The notes: generated by a model from the sequence alone, not told the origin. A stretch of DNA of 64,000 nucleotides from Antedon mediterranea (GCF_964355755.1 NC_092680.1:1488001-1552000), one strand, 5' to 3'. Positions 1 through 14,700 are shown, counted from the first letter of the stretch. Program-made: numbers and translations.

Positions 1-1851
1 ATTTAGATAACCTGATCGAAACTTCTATCCGTAATTTATAAGTGCATCAATTTAAATGTGCATAATAGCAGAAGGAATACAGAGAAAGAACATATTTAAA
101 ATCTATGAACAGGTATCTTCTATGACCCTTCTGTGACCCAAATGTATGACGTGTAAAGATGGACCAGAACGTGCTTTTAAAAATTGATAGACGTGCTCCA
201 TGGATAATCAGCCAACACTTCTGGAGTATGGAATGGACAGATTTTAAAACATGTAATGTGTAAAGATTAGGCAAGAATTGTTTTGGCTATGGCACTTCAA
301 ATTAGAAATTAATTGGTATCAGAATCAGAAAATATACTAGTAAAATAAGGCTTAACAATTTCTAGAACCACTGTAAAAGGTTGCTCCAATAAATGAACCT
401 GCAAAAAGTAGTAAGTCAGACTTTTTTGGAAAAAATTGCCAGAAAGAAATTGGCAAACTTTCAGGAAGTGGGAGTACTCGGAGATAAGTAAGAATACAGG
501 TACACATTTTAATCTATGTCACATCACAATTTTTTAAATATGAAGTCTGTGATATCGTAAACCAGACTTTTTTAGAAAACATTTGACTACAACATCCTGA
601 AAGAAACTTCAGAGCGTTCAGGTACCCTTCCTCAGTACAATTCAGAGTCCTGTATACTTTGAAAGGAGTAAGAATAAAGGCACACATTAGAATCTTATGT
701 CACTTCATTTTTTAAATATAAATTCTGTGATATCTCAATCTCAAAATGGCTACAAACTATAAATTCAATGAATATTTTTGTTAGTTGATAAATTTGAGAC
801 ATTGAAGGATATAGTAATATATTTATGAATGTTTTTTCCAATTGATCTTAAGTTTCTGATTTGTCTGTTTTTAAAGTAAAATCATTTGTTATAATATACG
901 ATATTAAATTATAACATGCAAAAGTAAAACATCACCAGAAACCTGACTTAAACCTTGTTGCCCATGATATTTTAGATTCCACTACCACTACAAACTTGAC
1001 CTGAACAAATTGCAGATTTTTGTGAGAACTTTAATACTACAGTACACAATCCAAACACGAGCATTAGGATTAGGATTAGGAATAGGTTTAAACTAAAAAC
1101 GTTAAATATTATATTAAAGATATTAGATAAAAGATATAATCAAATGCCATGAATAATTTTGCCAATTAATTAAAATTAAAAATAAATCAAAATGCATTGG
1201 ATATCAAATACTATAAACCAAGTAATATATATCCAATGCCCTCTAGGCCTACATTAATGAAACGTTGGAAATAAAATATTAATGTACGTATAATATGAAG
1301 GTTCTAAATATCTTGTGAATATATATCATATATAAGTAGGGCAGATATTTAATGCGGGTCATGATATAAAATATTTATAGATATTACATTCATAATTTGT
1401 TGGTCTACCTTGCGAATGTTGTCAGATCACCTTTGGTCATGATAGAATTGAAGAGTTTCAATATGTTATAAAATTAAAAATCTAATCTATAATAAACGAT
1501 AAGAGAGATTTTTTTTTTTCTTTATTCTGATATAAAATCAATAGGATAAATACACAAAAAAGTACCGAGACGGCAAACTTGTTTCCATTGTGGTCCTAAA
1601 ACAATGTTTTGTCAATATGGAGTGTATTGTATCTGTATGCTCTTACTTTACAAAGTACTGTCAAACAACAGGTCTTGTAAGTAAAAAGTATAACTGTATA
1701 GTCTGTCCATTTAGTTGGTCAATTTTTGATTGGAAACAAGCTTTGCTTCTAGAGAAGGTTTAATTTTTTAACTGAAGAAATGTGGAATGTATTGATATAT
1801 CAATTGAACTAAATAACTGGTTATTTTATCACCTTTGCCTCACACCTAACC

Positions 1852-1981
1852 TATCCTCTTGCCTTTTCCGCATGCCTCTTACATCTACAGTACCTCTCCT
1901 ATCCTCTTACTCCTGCCTTTTCCGCATGCCTCTCACACCTACAGTACCTTTCCTATTCTCTTACTCCCGTCTTTTCCGCAT
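1852..1981. repeat. 57-bp pyrimidine-rich tandem repeat, about 2.3 copies
   Basis: gccttttccgcatgcctc.cac..ctacagtacct repeated. Confidence 0.75.
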
Positions 1982-4217
1982 AAGTATGCCTGTCAAACCT
2001 TCCTATTGCCTTCCCCCACCTTCTACCCCCATGGACATGTTTCCTCCCTTCTTTCATATTCCTTTTCTACTTAATCTTTAATATTTTAAACAAAATGGTA
2101 TTGAAAATTGGCAATAAATGAGGTTCGTTTAAATATTTAGATAGAAATAATTGGAGAAGTACAATAATACTGTACAATAGGATCCTCTATAAAATATGCC
2201 ATCTTTTCTTTTATAGAGTCTATCTATGCCTGTGAATTTATATTACATCATTAAAATGGAAAATGATCACACACATTGACAACAAATTGATACGGACAAT
2301 TAGAGTAGACATCTTTGTCAACACTGACAACATTTACATAAAGAAAAATGGAGAAACAATATTATTATTAAAAAGTGTTATGCATGAGTGCTATTGTATT
2401 AGTTTATCTACTTTTCGCAATTAACGATCGACAAGGATTTAAGTGCTTATAATTGAGGTGAATATAAAATCATCATTAATGTTTCACCTCTATAAGATAA
2501 TCGAGGTTACATCCCTTGAAATTTGTTTACCTTCCTTTTTACAGGATCATTTTCTCCCACGAGAAAAACGCTGCATTAACTCCCTACGTCACATGAACAC
2601 TAAATGATCAAACCGCATGGATTTGAGATTATAAAACTATTGGGACACATTGAGAACTAAAAGCTAGTTAGACCGCTATCAATACTCTTTATTTAGTTCA
2701 TATCCTGAGCAGTTGTGGTTCATGCTACTTGACCCGTAGGTCATAAGGTCAAACTCAGACTAACTAGAGTGTGTCTTTAAGTGAGACATTTTATCATTTT
2801 TTTTCTTTAATGATACTTGTGTGCAAGATGTAATCGTTCCTGATTCGGACAAGTTAAAAGTGTCAGTGTTAATGCTACTAGAATATGATATGGTAATTGT
2901 GATACACTTGTAGAGTACATAGTGTATCCTATAGGTATACTAAAACCACAGCATTAAGTGCATCAAGTTGATAAGATGTTTTTAAAGATGTGAGTCATCT
3001 GCTCCACTGATATACATCAGCTTTCACCAAAGTGGATGACTTACTGTAGGCCCGGCCCAGCTGCTCTCACCAGTTGTTACTCCTGCTCATTTGTACCATC
3101 AAGCACAAAACTTTATAATTCTAATTTTAAACGTTGAACATTTTTAAATTTTGAATTTTTCTATATTTTATTGTATTTATTGTATTTATATTATATATTA
3201 TATATTTATATCTTAAATTGCGAGGTGGTCATAAGAAATAAACAGATTCTATATTTTGGTTTTCCGCTTGTTTAGCGCTTGTCTAAATTGGCCATTATAC
3301 TGTATGATAGGCCTACCTTACAGTGCTATTAAACAGGAACAATCAAAGGCTATACTTTACCAGTGACATTTTTTTGTACATAGGTTAGATACATCTTTTA
3401 TTATTGCCTACAATAGGATCTGGTAAAACTTGCATAATTGTCCAGAAATTATTTCTAAATTGGAAAAACACTGCAAAATATTCATTACTAAAGCTTTTAC
3501 AAAACAGTAAAAACATATATGTATCCTTTGTTTAAGCAGTTACTGTAAATAACCTACTACTACAGAATAACCTTTCGGACAATAAGTGAAGTATGATAGT
3601 ACTAAATGCACTTGAAAAATCAATCAAACAATATTTGACAAATGCCTATGGTGTTTGTAGGTGCTTAAATTGTGAAGAAATACAAAGTCTATTCCAGATC
3701 ATGGCTTCCGTTTACCGTTATGAGTCGATTAGTGTCAGGATACTGCCGTTAGCTTCTGACACTCGAATCATCATATATTCTCACTTAGAAAAGCTGTTAT
3801 TTTAAAGATTTTATTGTATTTGGGAACGATATAAATTATTCAAACATCTTCGTATTTTGTCTAGCGGCAAGGAAATAGAAGGTGTTTTATCACCAGTGTA
3901 TGAATATTCCACCTTAACACAAAAGAATGACTATAACCTAGAAGATAAAACATCTTTCATGTTTCGTCGTCGTCATGGCGATGGAAGATGATGAATCAGT
4001 ATAGCCTCACAATTTGATAAAGGAAATACAGTAGAATGTATCTATCACCAGTATTCCAATATCGACATGAACGAATCACTAACAACACATAAAACATGAT
4101 TAATTCATCCTAAAAATATTATAGTCATCTTGCCAGATTTTTGCAAAAACTTTTTTCATAGTTTGCAGTGAACATCATCAGCGTTGGCGCAAATTAATAA
4201 TGTAAAAAGGGAATAGT

Positions 4218-4280
4218 TTGTATAGCGCAAAATACAAAGTCTCTATGCGCTGTTTAACAACAGTGTAGTGTAAAAAGAAA
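4218..4280 (-). mobile_element. LINE/SINE 3'-tail remnant (L2/CR1-type stem-loop); second copy at 58895-58950
   Basis: tatagcgcaaaatacaaa..gtctctatgcgctgttt repeated at two distant sites. Confidence 0.45.
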
Positions 4281-6251
4281 GAAAATATTATATATATACA
4301 TATTGCCATTAAGAAAACAGGACTTTCAATTTTTTCAATTTGATTTTAGACAGTTTATGAACTGAATTAGAATTTTTATGAAAATTAAATAAAATTTCAA
4401 AATAAATCAAATTGAAAACAATCAGCAGCATGCAACATTAATATCATTTTCAATATATAATATTCAGCAACACATTTCAGTAATATTTAAAAAAGATAAC
4501 ATCACATTATATATTATTTCCATTTATAAAATACATTACTAACATTCACCTGACCTGAAAACATTAACAACCAAATTAAATTCATCCGTTTACAACGATG
4601 ATAGATGTATGTCTGTTACCACACTTGTCATACTTGCTTGAATATTTCAAATAAGGTTAAAGAAAACCGAAACAACGACAGAACTTTCTTACAAAACTTG
4701 AGATACAAAATTTTATTTTTTCTAAATTTTTGACAGAAGTTCACTGACAAAAACCCTACATTATACAACCTTTTAAGAATCACTCCAATCATACGTGCTC
4801 TGCCTCATAAACGCAGTATTTATTAACGACAGTAATATCCATTAAAAATGTGTTTATAAGCCACTACCCCATTCAAATAGGCATCCCCTAAAGAACCCTA
4901 AAAATGTTGTAAGCACTGTGCCGCTTTTTGAACTGGTAACAAAAAACGAAGGATACCACGTTTCTTGCATTAATGAACTTAGCTTGAACTTAAATCTTAA
5001 AGATAATTGAAGGTTGAAATGATTGAAAATCAATTAGCTACTAATGAATAATTTAGAATGTATAATACAATCAGCATCCAGATTGAATTGAATTACTAAT
5101 TAAAATAATATAAGATACATATTAGTAATAGCGAAAGAGTTATTGTATTGTTCCCCTGAAAAATAATTTAAAACATTTTTGTTGTTGAATATGCTATTTT
5201 AATGTCACATAATAGTTATTCACTTTGACGAAAAACTGGACCAAAAAAAAAAAAAATATTTATCTGAAAAAAATGTAATTTAAAGCAAAAATTATTAAAT
5301 TGTCTGCCAGACAATGGTTTTTGGTTAAAATAAAAAAAAAAGTTTTTTTTGTATACAGAAGTGAATAACTTATCTAAAGTTTTAATCTTAATTTTTCATG
5401 TTTTTGGAGGACAATATATGAATGTACTGAATGTATTTATTCGTAATTGAAGAACGTTATTGAGATTAAGGTAGAGTACACTCCACTGAAGGCTGAGACT
5501 TTCAAAATAGTAACGATACTAAATTAATAAGCAATAATATATGGCAAACACATTGAAATATAAGAACTTAAACTATGTGGGTATTCAGATATGTTTTTCC
5601 TTTATGGGTAGTGGGCGAGACGTGGGTGGGGGTTCGCTAGAGTAAACTCACCCCCTGGCTATGGACCTGCAAGTAATCTATTATTGTTATGCTTTAGAGT
5701 TTTACAATAAACGTTATTCATCATAAACCAACAGACAAAATAAGTTCTACTACAGAAAGGTTTTGAAATTTAAATTTGTATTTCACCCAGAGTGATAATC
5801 GATTCTGTACATTTTTCAGAATAACTGACATTGATTATTGTATTAAGGATGTATGAAGTAAAATGGAGGTTTGTCATTTTAAAAATCGTTTTTTAACTGA
5901 AAAAAAATATCAACTAATGGAAATCAAATATCATACATAGTTAAAAAAGGTTAGGGTATTTATAAACACAAATGTTTAGAAGCAAAAATAATTATAAAGG
6001 ACAATATTTACATAATTTGAATATGTTGTTTAGTAATGTCTCTGTTCAATAAAAAAACATACCATAGCAACTAAATATAAAAATGTGTTTTTTCAGTCCA
6101 GATTTTTGAAATTATGTTTTATATCTGACATCCTAATAGGCCTCCAATGAATCATGAAGTTTTGTTATCACCTAAAGACTGATAAAAATGCAATGCCGCC
6201 GACAACAATCACATAACATTTTTAATGCAACTGAAGTGTTTGATTGAGTGT

Positions 6252-6491
6252 TGGCGAGTCCTGCTTCAGAGGCAAGAGAATAGGGGAGGGAGGGACATTG
6301 AGGACTTCAAAGAAAAAGAGGGCACCCCTTGTGGCGAGTCCTGCTTCATAGGCAAGAGAATAGGGGAGGGAGGGACATTAAGGACTTCAAAGAAAAAGAG
6401 GGCACCCCTTGTGGCAAGTCCTGCTTCATAGGCAAGAGAATAGGGGAGGGAGGGACATTGAGGACTTCAAAGAAAAAGAGGGCACCCCTTG
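6252..6491. repeat. 80-bp tandem repeat, 3 copies
   Basis: ggcgagtcctgcttc.. starts at 6253, 6333 and 6413. Confidence 0.95.
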
Positions 6492-7205
6492 AAAAGTTAC
6501 TTAATGCTTTGTGTCTTTCAAAAGGTATTTATTTGATCAAGCACAACAGTACTACCAACCAGAGCATCTTACAATAAGTTTGATTATGATAATATAAAAA
6601 AACTCCAAAAAAAGTGTAGGCAAGTATTAAAGTAAATTATAAATAACAAAGTGAATAGAAAAGGTGATAAATGTATTCCTCTACATAATCTAAATCAGCC
6701 ACAGATACAGACACTAATTTTTCCATATTAAGATTTTGGTCAGAAAATATCTATTTTTTATTTTTATTTGGGTTATTACATAAACTAAATGTATTTTCGT
6801 TTCATGTTTTTAGAAAAAATTATAATCTAGATCAATTTAAAATTTTCTTTCAAAGCAGGAAATATGAATTATTTATAACATTGCCAGATGATAATACTAT
6901 TAGATACTATTGTATACAGTTTTTAATATGTATGCTATTAAAACAACAATAGGCTGTAAATATAATCCATCTGTTGTTTCTGATAAATTTTCCACTAATC
7001 TAATAATAATCATAGAGACAATCAAAATGGTAAATTACAAAAGTGCATTATCATTAATAAAAAAAGGATTGAAAACATGAGTAGTGATGAAAGAGTATTG
7101 GGAGAATAAACAACAATGTTTATGTCATTAAAAACTATGTTTAATTTAGGAATTATAAAATAGTGAGGTGTTTAGGATGTGAAACAGAATCACTTGTAGT
7201 AGTAG

Positions 7206-7790
7206 TTGGTGACGGTGTGTTGGTTGACGGTGCGTTGGTTGACGGTGCGTTGGTTGACGGTGCGTCGGTTGACGGTGCGTCGGTTGACGGTGCGTCGGTT
7301 GACGGTGCGTCGGTTGACGGTGCGTTGGTTGACAATGCGTTGGTTGACGGTGTGTTTGCTGACGGTGTGTTTGCTGACGGTGCGTTGGTGGATGGTGTGT
7401 TTGTTGACGGTGTTGGTTGACGGTGCGTTGGTTGACGGTGCATTGGTTGACAATGCGTTGGTTGACGGTGTGTTTGCTGACGGTGCGTTGGTGGATGGTG
7501 TGTTGGTTGACGGTGTTGGTTGACAGTGCGTTGGTTGACAGAAAGTTGGTTGACGGTGTGTTGATTGACGGCGTGTTTGCTGACGGTGCGTTGGTGGATG
7601 GTGTGTTGGTTGACGGTGCGTTGGTGGATGGTGTGTTGGTTGACGGTGTGTTTGCTGATGGTGCGTTGGTGGATGGTGTGTTGGTTGATGGTGTGTTGGT
7701 TGACGGTGCGTTGGTTGACGGTGTGGTGGTGGGTGGTGTGGTGGTGGATGGTGTGTCGGTTGATGGTATGTTGGTTGACGGTGGGTGGTA
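7206..7790. repeat. 15-bp minisatellite (GGTTGACGGTGCGTT-like) with some 13-bp units
   Basis: Direct inspection; produces STNAP/VDGAL repeat ORFs. Confidence 0.9.
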
Positions 7791-8719
7791 GATTAGTTGG
7801 CAGTGGATTGTTTGATGGTATGGATTGGGAGTTGTTGGTTTTGGTTGTGGAACATGGTGGTTTTGGTTGTGGAAAATGGTGGTGTTGGTAGTGGAACAGA
7901 CATCTTAATATATATTACAGAATAAGATTATAAATTATGTCACTTGAGACAAGAGAAAATGTCATTATGGCGATTTGACAAACTTAATAGAAACAAGAAG
8001 ATCTTGCTATAGTAATTCAATTCCATGATGATTGATGAATCAAACTAGTTTAGAATGTGTTAACAAGCAAATAATGCATCTGATCACTATTTTGTATCAC
8101 TCTGCAGTTTCTTCTGCTCGTAAAACTTATGCCATTCTCGCAGTTCTGGTGTAATCTAATATATCATTCATACCGTATGATGGTTGTTGGTCTTATCTGT
8201 TTAATTTACTGTTGAAGGTCTAGTTCTATCATCGTTACTGACTGCGTTTATACTGAATCACTAAAAATGAATGCTATATCTTAATTTTTATTTCAATACT
8301 TTGTGTTACAATGTTATACGGCCCGTGGAAGAACACCTTTCTGGTAGAAAAAAAATAAAGACTTTATTGCAAAAATAAAGACTTTATTATTATTATATTA
8401 ATATGGTTCAATATTTAGTCACTAATTTGTATCTTTTACTGACTATACATGTACAGTACATTCAACATGATATATCATGATATAGTCACTTTATAATTGA
8501 ATATCATAACTATTAAATCATGACAAAGATACTCAAAAATGTTAATGAAGAAAGATTTAAATTCTATTTATAGATGTGGAAAAAGTTGAGATTTGATACC
8601 AAGGGATGTTTGGTTATGGTGTATGTGGAAAGTGTTAAGAATAAAGTGTTCAGTGCCATAGAGCACTCATTGGCTAAACCCAGGGGCTAGAAAACAAAAA
8701 TAATAAGCCTCCTCTTCTT

Positions 8720-8810
8720 TGCCAGAACTATGGCTGAGGAGAGGCTTGAACCTGTGCTATTGTTATGACTTTGGTTTGGAGTGCCCCGTCTTAACCGCCT
8801 GGCCACTCAT
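8720..8810 (-). mobile_element. decayed tRNA-like SINE head
   Basis: Minus strand gagtggccaggcggttaagac...ggttcaagcctc...catagttctgg resembles the head of the 58003 SINE. Confidence 0.5.
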
Positions 8811-9379
8811 CAGTTTGAACAAGATGACGCAGAACGTAACATTTGGTGTAAAATGTTTTCTGTCAGGTTACAATATAATGAGCAACATTAAATAATTCTA
8901 CAATTCTAATGAATACTTTGAAAAGTATCCATTCAAAAACATACATAATACAGATTCAACACTAAGAATATATAAGTTCATTGGTTCTATGTTTAGTTAT
9001 ATCCAAAGATGCTAATTATGCATCCAAACCCATTTCAATTGGTGAGATTTAATTTTAAAATTAGTTAAATCCCTGTAGAATTTCATCAACTAACAGTATT
9101 AACTTTTGAATATTTAAACAGGTTAAAAGTAATTTCATATTTATAATTATTATTATTATGCATTTTGGTACACAAATGTTTGACTGGAAAGAGTAATGTT
9201 CATGCATAAAGTATAGTTTTGGAATATAGACTTTTACAGGATTAAGAACACTATATGAACATACATGAATATTAAGGTGATAATCCCAAGAATACAATGT
9301 AAAACCAATTTTTGTTCTCAGTATCTAATATTAAGAATATTAAGAATATAGAACACAGGCAGTTATCAAACTCATCATG

Positions 9380-9533
9380 AGGGGCGGATCCAGCATAATA
9401 GATTGGGGGGGGGGGGGGTGGGTGGGGGCTAAATATTTCATAAATAAAATAAAAAAAGTCATTATTTTATTTTAAAAAGATAAATTTTAGGGGGGGCTAA
9501 AGCCTGTCTAGCTCCCGCCTAAATCCGCCCCTG
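9380..9533. mobile_element. small MITE with AGGGGCGGAT/ATCCGCCCCT terminal inverted repeats and G-runs
   Basis: TIRs visible; ATCATGA present at both junctions. Confidence 0.65.
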
Positions 9534-9624
9534 ATCATGAGGGCCCTGATTGTCAAGTTTAAGGTGAACCTCTATAAATAAGGTTAAATAAAAAAATAAA
9601 TCCTCTAATTTAAAAACCACTTAC

Positions 9625-10050
9625 CACTGTCCACCAAAATTTCTTCTTTTCTTTTGATGGTGGAATGTCCACTTGTTCTTGTTTATCATCCAAGTCAAAA
9701 CTATCTGAATCTTTTTTAGAAGATTTAGTACTATGCAAACTAGTATCCGACTTATCTCTTGATAAAACATTATCCCTTGCCTTTTTGTTGGCAATCATTA
9801 CCTTACACGTCTCAAACAGTATTGAACTTTTTTCTAACTCTGGTGAATTGTTTGAAGATTGATGGGCGGCATCCGAGTTTGAACGACCTTTGTGAAGGGA
9901 CCTTCGATGCCGAGTTCTAAAATTCAACTCTGATCCCTCCTTTTTGTCGCCACCAACACCACCACCACCGCTGCTGCTGCCATGGTGTAAAAACCTTTTA
10001 ATGGCCTCTTCCACATCTGGTGAGTTAGATGGGTGTTTTGCAGGCTTCAT
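9625..10050 (-). CDS. unc-13: probable alternative first coding exon of unc-13 (142 aa, MKPAKHPSNS...KEKKKFWWTV), C2A-less isoform
   Basis: AAAATG start with an upstream in-frame TGA at 10087-10089; coding-like composition; ends at GTG|gtaagt in phase 0, the same phase as exon 9. Confidence 0.7.
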
Positions 10051-11114
10051 TTTGTAAAATATTCCAGCTTCCCTTAGCAATAATTTTCAAAAATTAATTT
10101 CCTTATATAAAGTTGTCAATTAAAACAGCAATAATTTCCTTTGTTTCATCTTTGCCCGTGGTCATATATAAATATTTCAGATGTACATCCTTCCTACGTC
10201 TTTTCCGTAATAATTACAACACTCCACATATTACGTAACCATTCAGTTACCTCATGATTTAATGATTATGACTCCAATATCTGGCCGCTAAAACGTTTGA
10301 TCAATGGTGAGTATAACATCCCTGGGAGTAGTAATAATATTCTACAATGTAGCAATGATCAATTCAGACTATATGGCCGCTTATAGACGAGTGTTTATGG
10401 TTCCAGTTGAGCGAACATCCAACTAGCTCCACTGGTTGGAATATAGGCAGTGCCTTTCAACACAGTTTCTCATCTCATTTACCTCTTGCCATCATCATAT
10501 CAATATTCATACTCGTTTTAGTACAATGTGCTTGACAGATACTGTGGCTGCGAGTGTTGACTTACATTATCATGCGTACCAGTTTCCCAATACATGATTG
10601 AACCAAATAATTTAAACATAAAACCAGTCTTTCATCAAGAGACAGTACTGTCAGATCGATCAGTTTAACATTTATTTGATTCATCAATTAATGCCGTGTA
10701 CGTTATATTTCTCTCTCTTCAATACAATGATCTTGCTTACAGCAGAAAAATGTCTGTGTATACTTTTTATTCACATCAATACGTTACTATATAGTTTTAC
10801 ATGGATTCAAGGTTCTTATATCTATCAACAATATTAAATATCAATACATTCACTTTTACATTAATTGATTAAAATCATTAAAATTCAGATGGCTAAAGGA
10901 AGATGACATTATATCCCCTTGGAAAGATGACTTGCTGGAAAACTTCACTTATAAAATGTGCAAATTGTCAAAAGCAATCACATCAAAACGATTATAGAAT
11001 GGCCAAGAGACTTTGACAAGATATACTAACATTTACGTCAGGTATATAAGCAACTAAGCGTAAGATCTGCAATAAATCTATAAAGAGAGCGATACTCCTG
11101 GCCTTTCCATTTGG

Positions 11115-11794
11115 CATACGTTATTTTCGGTGGTTTTTCCTTTCTCATACGTTATTTTCGGTGGTTGTTCCTTTCTCATACGTTATTTTCGGTGGTTGTT
11201 CCTTTCTCATACGTTATTTTCGGTGGTTGTTCCTTTCTCATACGTTATTTTCAGTGGTTGTTCCTTTCTCATACGTTATTTTTGGTGGTTGTTCCTTTCT
11301 CATACGTTATTTTCAGTGGTTGTTCCTTTCTCATACGTTATTTTCAGTGGTTGTTCCTTTCTCATACGTTATTTTCAGTGGTTGTTCCTTTCTCATACGT
11401 TATTTTCAGTGGTTGTTCCTTTCTCATACGTTATTTTCGGTGGTTGTTCCTTTCTCATACGTTATTTTCAGTGGTTGTTCCTTTCTCATACGTTATTTTC
11501 AGTGGTTGTTCCTTTCTCATACGTTATTTTCAGTGGTTGTTCCTTTCTCATACGTTATTTTCAGTGGCTGTTCCTTTCTCATAGGTTATTTTCAGTGGTT
11601 GTTCCTTTCTCATACGTTATTTTCGGTGGTTGTTCCTTTCTCATACGTTATTTTCGGTGGTTGTTCCTTTCTCATACGTTATTTTCAGTGGTTGTTCCTT
11701 TCTCATACGTTATTTTCAGTGGTTGTTCCTTTCTCATACGTTATTTTCAGTGGTTGTTCCTTTCTCATACGTTATTTTCAGTGGTTGTTCCTTT
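11115..11794. repeat. 31-bp minisatellite, about 22 copies (CATACGTTATTTTCRGTGGTTGTTCCTTTCT)
   Basis: Direct inspection; highly homogeneous. Confidence 0.97.
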
Positions 11795-14700
11795 ATATTT
11801 TAATTCACTTCAACGCTTTCAAAATAACAATTAACACAGTAATATTGGAAGATTTTTAATCACTAAAATCAGTTCTAATGTTTCTAAAATAGACACATTA
11901 AAACATAATAGCAAAATGGCATTACTACATTAGTGTACAACCTTAAATTTGAAACTGGCTTACAACTGTCTTGTTATACCAACCATCTTTCAATATCTTG
12001 ATAACAAATATGATAAATATATGGAATTATATACTGTCAGTCATCAAAGAGTAAATCAATAAAATGCTTGGAGCAATGTGTAGTCATAATGAAGTGCTCC
12101 AGCGTCAGCTTCTATCTTCTACCCATTGTTGTTGTATATGTCAGTTCTATTTAACAGTATGGTAAGTCCGTCTGAAGTATGTTCCAAAATTGTCGGTACG
12201 CCAACCATGACCGTAATATAATCTTAAATCAGGCAGTTTAGAGTTCGCTGTTTATGGATCATCGAGCACGCCCTTCCATTCCATCATCAACCTGTAAATT
12301 GCGTTTTCTTTTTATACAACAACTGCCACCCTATCAGCCAGTGTGCTGCTTTGTTTGTATTAGTGATGTCATTGAGTAATATTACTAAACCATTACTTCA
12401 ACATGGTTAAATATGAACAGTAAGTATAATGAAGTATTCAACATAATTTCATTGAGTAAAACGATTTCTATAAATTTATCATTTTGTTAATAAACCGTTC
12501 TCACTTGCTACAGATAATTGACAGCCATTTTTAATAGTTTGATTTTACGCTATTAAATTGAAACAAGGAAGAAATAATATGGTTTAAAATAAAAAAACTA
12601 TATCAATTTGTTATTTCATTTTTTTTTATGACGAAATTATTTAACCTCTCATAGACTCACCCAAACTATGAAAAATATGTCAACGTATTTCTAACATTTA
12701 TTAAAAGTGACGTAAAACTTAATCAGAAATGTATAGATTTTTTTTATAGGATTTTTGTTTAAAATAAATTATACAAAATTACAACTTGTATATATAATGT
12801 TTAAATGTAAACCTATACTCTAATATGTTATGTATTGCCAAACAACTTCCAGGTCTTAAACATATGATACCTTAATATTTTATTATGTTATAATTCTTTT
12901 TCTTTTTTTTCTTTGACTTTTTTTTATTCACACATGTGTAAAGATTAAGTGTCAGTTATTATGCTACAACCATCTTCTGGAGTAATGAAAAAACAAAAAA
13001 GCAAACTAGTAGAAAAAACTTGTTTCATGTGACAAGGTGTTTTAGACCAATCAGGTGAAATATAAAACATGATTTAATATACCTAAGTAGCAGAATATAT
13101 GCAAATAATAGACTGGATACATTCTCAAACGACGAAATGTAACAACAAGATTGCCCAAAACGACGCATCTAATTATGGCTATACTGAGGCAATATATATA
13201 TTGTCATATTAATATGCATTAATTTTTCCGTATATGCTAATATTAAGTGCTTTGTAATCTCTCATCGTTATTATGTATAAAAATTGGTAAAGTCATAAAT
13301 GCGATTGAACAATTGTTGTTCAAACGCAAGTACAATCATATGAGTATTATAATCATTAAAAATCATTAAAAAACAGAATGTATTATACCAAAATATTGTA
13401 ATGGAAAAAATTGTAAAGTCTACTACTGATAATGATATTTGAAATATCCTTTGATACGATAGTATTGTCTGAGTACAGAGATCGACAAATTAATGTAAAC
13501 AATCATACAAAAACTACTGTAAAATCAATACAATAAAAATACCAAATTATTAGTAATTGAAAAAATAAAACATTGTAGGCCTAATATTTACAATTGGTAT
13601 GATAATGATATTTTGAGGATAATAATATTGCTCAGTAAGACCGACAAATTTAATGAAAATCTTTAATTAATGTAAACAATGAAATGATGTCGAGTGGAGT
13701 ATTTGTATTATTGATGATTACACTTAGTCAGTTTGATAATTAACCACAGGATGCTGTGAACTAAGAAGGCGAGAGGTTATTATTTGCAGTCATTTGTCTT
13801 ACAAATTAAAATGTTAGGTTGAACTGGACTAACAGAAAAAACCAACTTAATTTAAAAATCTAGCAGAGGGCAGTGTTATACTCTATAGAACTGTTCCTTG
13901 CTCATTTGTCTTCACCAAACGCATTTCTATTTTGGGAACCATCACAAAATAGAATCCTTCTTAGTTTATATACAATATCGCAACTAAATATAATTAAAAA
14001 TAATGACGTTTATGCAAATTGTGTTTATATACGTCCATATTAGGAATATTATGCAAATTTAATTATATTAGAATATGAACAAATTATTTGTATATAAACA
14101 TGACATCTTTTTAATTGTTAAATCTTTAAATTTTATAATTTAAAATAATGGCGTTTGTATGCAAATTGTGTTTACATATCATACTATTATGCAAATTTAA
14201 ATATAATTATAATAGATGTACAGGTGGTAAAAGATCTTTGTAAAATCTTTAAAACATTTATTTTGACAAATTGCCTATTTTTGCTGTGCTACATTGTTAT
14301 TGATTACAACAGGTTCCACTCATTACCTTTAGTATCAGCCATTAACATCATCATAGCATTTAGTTTTAAAATATTGGTTATAGCCTAATGGCATATGCAC
14401 AACAAGAGGTACACAAAAGGACATTCTAAAAGTTTCAAGTAAACAACTTTATGACAATACATTATAATTTTAAAGATGATTTTCATGTTGTTGAAAACGT
14501 TTGATGTAGTTTTATGTTTAAAAAACTCTCAACTCTAAAAAATAAATATTCCAAAATTATTATGATCATAACTCTGAATTAGAATGTAGGAAACTGTCCC
14601 ACAACACACTCACAAAACCTTTCTAACTTTAATGAGCAAATTCAGAATATTTAAAATGTACTTTTCTACCATCAATGGGGAAAACCTTAGGTAAAATATT

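Noticed and set aside
3314-3330. Possible 9-nt microexon (tag|CACTGTAAG|gtaggc)
   Set aside because: The donor overlaps the common TAGGCCTA motif and there is no UGC or other support; likely chance
11111-11859. Three overlapping 157-234-aa hydrophobic ORFs
   Set aside because: Produced by a stop-free 31-bp minisatellite; the same peptide appears in all three frames
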